Under the pieces are notes generated by a model. The model was not told the DNA's origin. It saw only the letters and a program-made list of their open reading frames with translations, and searched no databases. From NCBI GenBank assembly GCA_044892525.1, contig CM097885.1, positions 32,490,001 through 32,554,000 on the forward strand: 64,000 bases of DNA, written 5' to 3'. The position numbers and the translations under genes are program-made. The stretch comes from Schmidtea polychroa (taxonomy: Eukaryota). Positions 60,356-64,000 of the stretch are shown in pieces (the first letter of the stretch is position 1; every line of letters starts with the position of its first letter).

Positions 60356-62589
60356 AAAAGAATGTTTGGTTGGCGTTATCTTATAATTAAATCATTGCCA
60401 TGTATGTTTAACTATTTATAATATTTATAATTTTAAAAAACAATCTATTAATTTAAAAAAATTGTTAAATAGAAATTAAAAATTGTTTAACTTATTAATT
60501 TAATACATTTTAAAACAATTCAATTTTAAAAACAATACTATTTAAAAACATTCAAAACACAAGTGTTCATAAGATTTTGCACATCTTCTCTGTAAACCTT
60601 CACATATTGCACGTTCCACCACCACACCAGCATACATAAAATTACACATGTCTATTTTACTCATATACCCATTGTGTTCACTAATATTTGCCTATTCCTT
60701 CGGTCCATAATGTTCAAAAACTCAATTAAAATGGTGACGGGAAGTTTGTCATTGCGCCTATTACATGTAAATTGATAAACAAGATCCTCTTATTAATAAG
60801 CATATTGCCTATGTTACATGAATTAGAGACGATCTTATAATTTAAATTTCACATCTCCTTCCTTATTTTCCTCTTATAATTCGTAGAAACTTCAGAATAC
60901 GACAATACCAACACAAATTTAAACTCATCATCTTTAGTGCATGAGTCTTACCTTGAATCTAAACAAATAAGCAGTAGATAAGTAATAATTTTGACTAAAT
61001 TTTAAAATTATGCAAAAGTTAATGTTAATAAATAAATTGTAATTGTATATTTTGATTGACATTATCTAAGTTAAATATTTACGGTTTATGGCTGGTATTA
61101 TTTTAAAGGCACCTGTCGCAATTTTTAAGCATTGAAATTATGCCAAAAATATCAACTTGTCAAAAGTATGTAAAACGAAAAAAATCTAATTTCCGAAAAG
61201 AATGTAAGAATGAATTTCTTTAATTTCCTGAAATATATTGTTTCCAGCATCTATTCTTGGACACTAAGTTATCGTAGAATTTCTATACATTTCAAAAGTT
61301 GTGTCAAAGGAAAAGTCACATGAAACCGTTGTTTTTAATCATGTTTCGCAAACATGGAAATGATCAAAACATTATCCTTTCAGAACTTTGAAAGGTTTTC
61401 ACTAACACTTCAATATTATTAAAATTATTTAAAAAATTAAAAAAAAACCGAAAATGTAATATAATTTTGTAATCACTAAAATCTTTTAATTATGCTAGTC
61501 ATCTGATTTTGTTTTCTTTTAAATTTTTTTTTCCAATGTAACACTGCCTTTTTAATGTATTAAAAAAGCAATGCAGAAAAATTTATCTCTAGTGGTAATG
61601 AGAATAAGTGAAATGTTAAAATAATTTCAAACAATTCCATACAAATTATGTACATATTTCAGGACTTATTAATAATAAAAATGATCAATAATTGACAGAT
61701 TAAATATTAGTGCTTCACTAATCCATCGATCATGAATAATAATTAAATTGGTGTTAATTAATTTACCGAGTTCACACATAAAATAAAAGTTGATCGAATC
61801 CAGGTAGTTTACATCATATTTAACCCTTAATTACATAATTTTTTTATTTATTTTGAATAAAATAAAATAAAGTTTCTTTGACTGAATATATTATTATAAA
61901 AATAATGAACTAAACGAACACTTTATAAACTAAATCCGTTTTAACAGCTTTGTAGCTCACAAGCGACACTATGAAATGGTTATTTCTTATTTATTTTAGG
62001 CGATCTAAACGTGAAATTCTGGTATGTTGCAAATTAGCTACACAATACACAACGAATCATTGAACATAAAAGATGACAAGTAATAAAATTCTAATTGCAA
62101 AAAAAAATAAATAAAGATCAGAGGTAAATTTTAAATAGTGTTATAAGATTTTGTTTGGTCATCTTCGTTCTATATTTTTATGATATTTCATTTATTTTCA
62201 TTTTGACAAATGATCAAATACCTTTTTATTTTTATGCTCAAACCTAAAATTTGTGTTGAATGAAATAATAAAATTTTAAATTAAAAATCTTTTTTTGTTT
62301 ATTTTCTAAATAAATTATAATCAAAAATACTTCAATAATTCTCTATTAATCTTTATTAGAGTATTAGACAAACATTTTTTTCTTCATTTTTATGATTATA
62401 GAATCTATTATATAAATCAAAATATTCTAATTATACACCAATTTTAAGCACATTTTATTAAGACATTGATCATAATTTATGTCATTAAAATTTATTGTTG
62501 TAAAAGATCATGATAAATTGATCACGATAAATGAATATAAGACAATTGTGTACAATTGTTGACGAGAAAGAAAAATTAGTTGCAATTTT

Positions 62590-63010
62590 AATCGAATAAA
62601 GGGTTTATTAAACAAATACCAAATTGTCCAGTTTGTGATGATGAAATGAAAATTCGAATCCGCAAAAGAGAACCAATTGATCACGGTTAAAATGTTACTA
62701 CTTCGAAAAATTCTTGGTTGTTTAATGCTGAAATATCAATTGATCTAGTAATATGTTTTTGTTGGAATAACTAATTATGAAGTGATTATTCGAGAAACAT
62801 CAGTTCCAGGAAAAACAACATCAAGTGAAACAGTTTTTGTAGAGAAGTTACTGTTCAATGGTGTATTAGTCATCAACCCATGAGAAAAATTGGCGGTGAA
62901 GAAGTCGTAGTAGAATTTCTCTGGCGTCGACACGCAAAAAATAACAATTTAGATCAATTTAATTTTTTTATTGATTATATCAAAAATTTATATGATTCAA
63001 ATGAGTAAAA
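62590..63010 (+). pseudogene. Merlin-like transposase remnant (internally deleted)
   Basis: CPVCDDEMK, KIGGEEVVVE and FLWRR peptides in broken frames. Confidence 0.55.
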
Positions 63011-64000
63011 TGCAAATATTAATACATAAATATATTTATCACATCATAACAAGTCTATAGAAGTGGCCCTAATAAATTCAACTGGCTTAACAATTTTCGA
63101 TCTATTTGTAACTTCATACTTTTAATATGATTCACAATATCTTCAAGCTTCGATATTAACTAGATGAAAGGGTTTAATTTACTTATGATTTATGATTTAT
63201 TAACCTTTGAGTTCCTGAATCCTATCGACTAGGGTCAACTTAAAACGTCAATGTTTTTATTATTTAAAAGCCCAAATAACATTTTTTCATAGTTGTTTTA
63301 GATTGTTAAAAAATGACATTTTTTCATATAGTTCGGCATTAAAAATATTATGATGAAAAAACAAAATTATTCTGGTAGAACACTCTAGGCACGAATATAA
63401 CTCTGATGCAAAATATTGATTATTATTGTTTATTATTAATAAATGTTTTAATTTATTGTTAAAAAATTATTTTCATCATATTAAAAATTTTTCTACAAAA
63501 TCTTAATCAATTACTAATGTTTAATAAAAAATAAAATAAAAATGGACTCTGAATTAAAAAATTAAACTGAATTGATTAATTTATACAATAAAATTATTTT
63601 ATTTTATATTTAATTTAAGCAATGTAGAATTATGCAAATATTTTTTTTAAACCAATCAATATTATAATAAAATATTTTGAATTTCAAACATATAATGTAA
63701 AGAGCAAAATTAATCACGAGGCACCTGAATGACTATTCCTGTTCCCCATAATATCTTAAAATTCCAAGGAAATCAGATATAATAAACCTATCAAAGTGTT
63801 GTCACAGTAACTATATGAATGAAAAAACGTATTTAGCGGCATTAAATAAAAATGGGCATTAATTTAATGAGAAAAACTAAATTAGGTGTATACTAAAAAT
63901 TTACAGAATATGATGATTCCAAATTTTATGTATTGACAAATCATCTGACCATGGCTGAAAATTTCCCAAGTGACAGAAAAATGGAAAAAGAGGAATTTTT

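Overview
This is AT-rich eukaryotic, probably invertebrate, genomic DNA. It holds one clear host gene, an intronless cholesterol 25-hydroxylase-like fatty-acid hydroxylase (13067-14053), among decayed transposons (hAT, Merlin, Gypsy, LINE, DD39D mariner, Penelope hammerheads) and microsatellites. The main feature is a near-intact 14,953-bp Polinton/Maverick endogenous virus (15221-30173) with ~332-bp TIRs starting AGTAGT and a 6-bp TSD (AAGTTT). It encodes pPolB, a stand-alone paralogue of the pPolB C-terminus, a membrane protein, a fibre-like protein, minor capsid, a protease fusion, a pX-like core protein, a packaging ATPase, a PLA2-integrase and major capsid. Its 1.2-kb 'non-coding' arm (28642-29840) carries four tRNA-like Pol III units spaced ~240 bp apart plus hairpins, a candidate VA-RNA-like small-RNA system. 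Two kb downstream is an 11.5-kb ORF-less, satellite-filled foldback element with Polinton-type ends (AGTAG...CTACT, 6-bp TSD CATTCA). A Buster/SPIN-type hAT transposase is split by a 968-bp hairpin-rich insert encoding a 216-aa chimeric ORF with a Rab1 fragment. All calls come from manual reading of the sequence; no database searches or folding programs were run.
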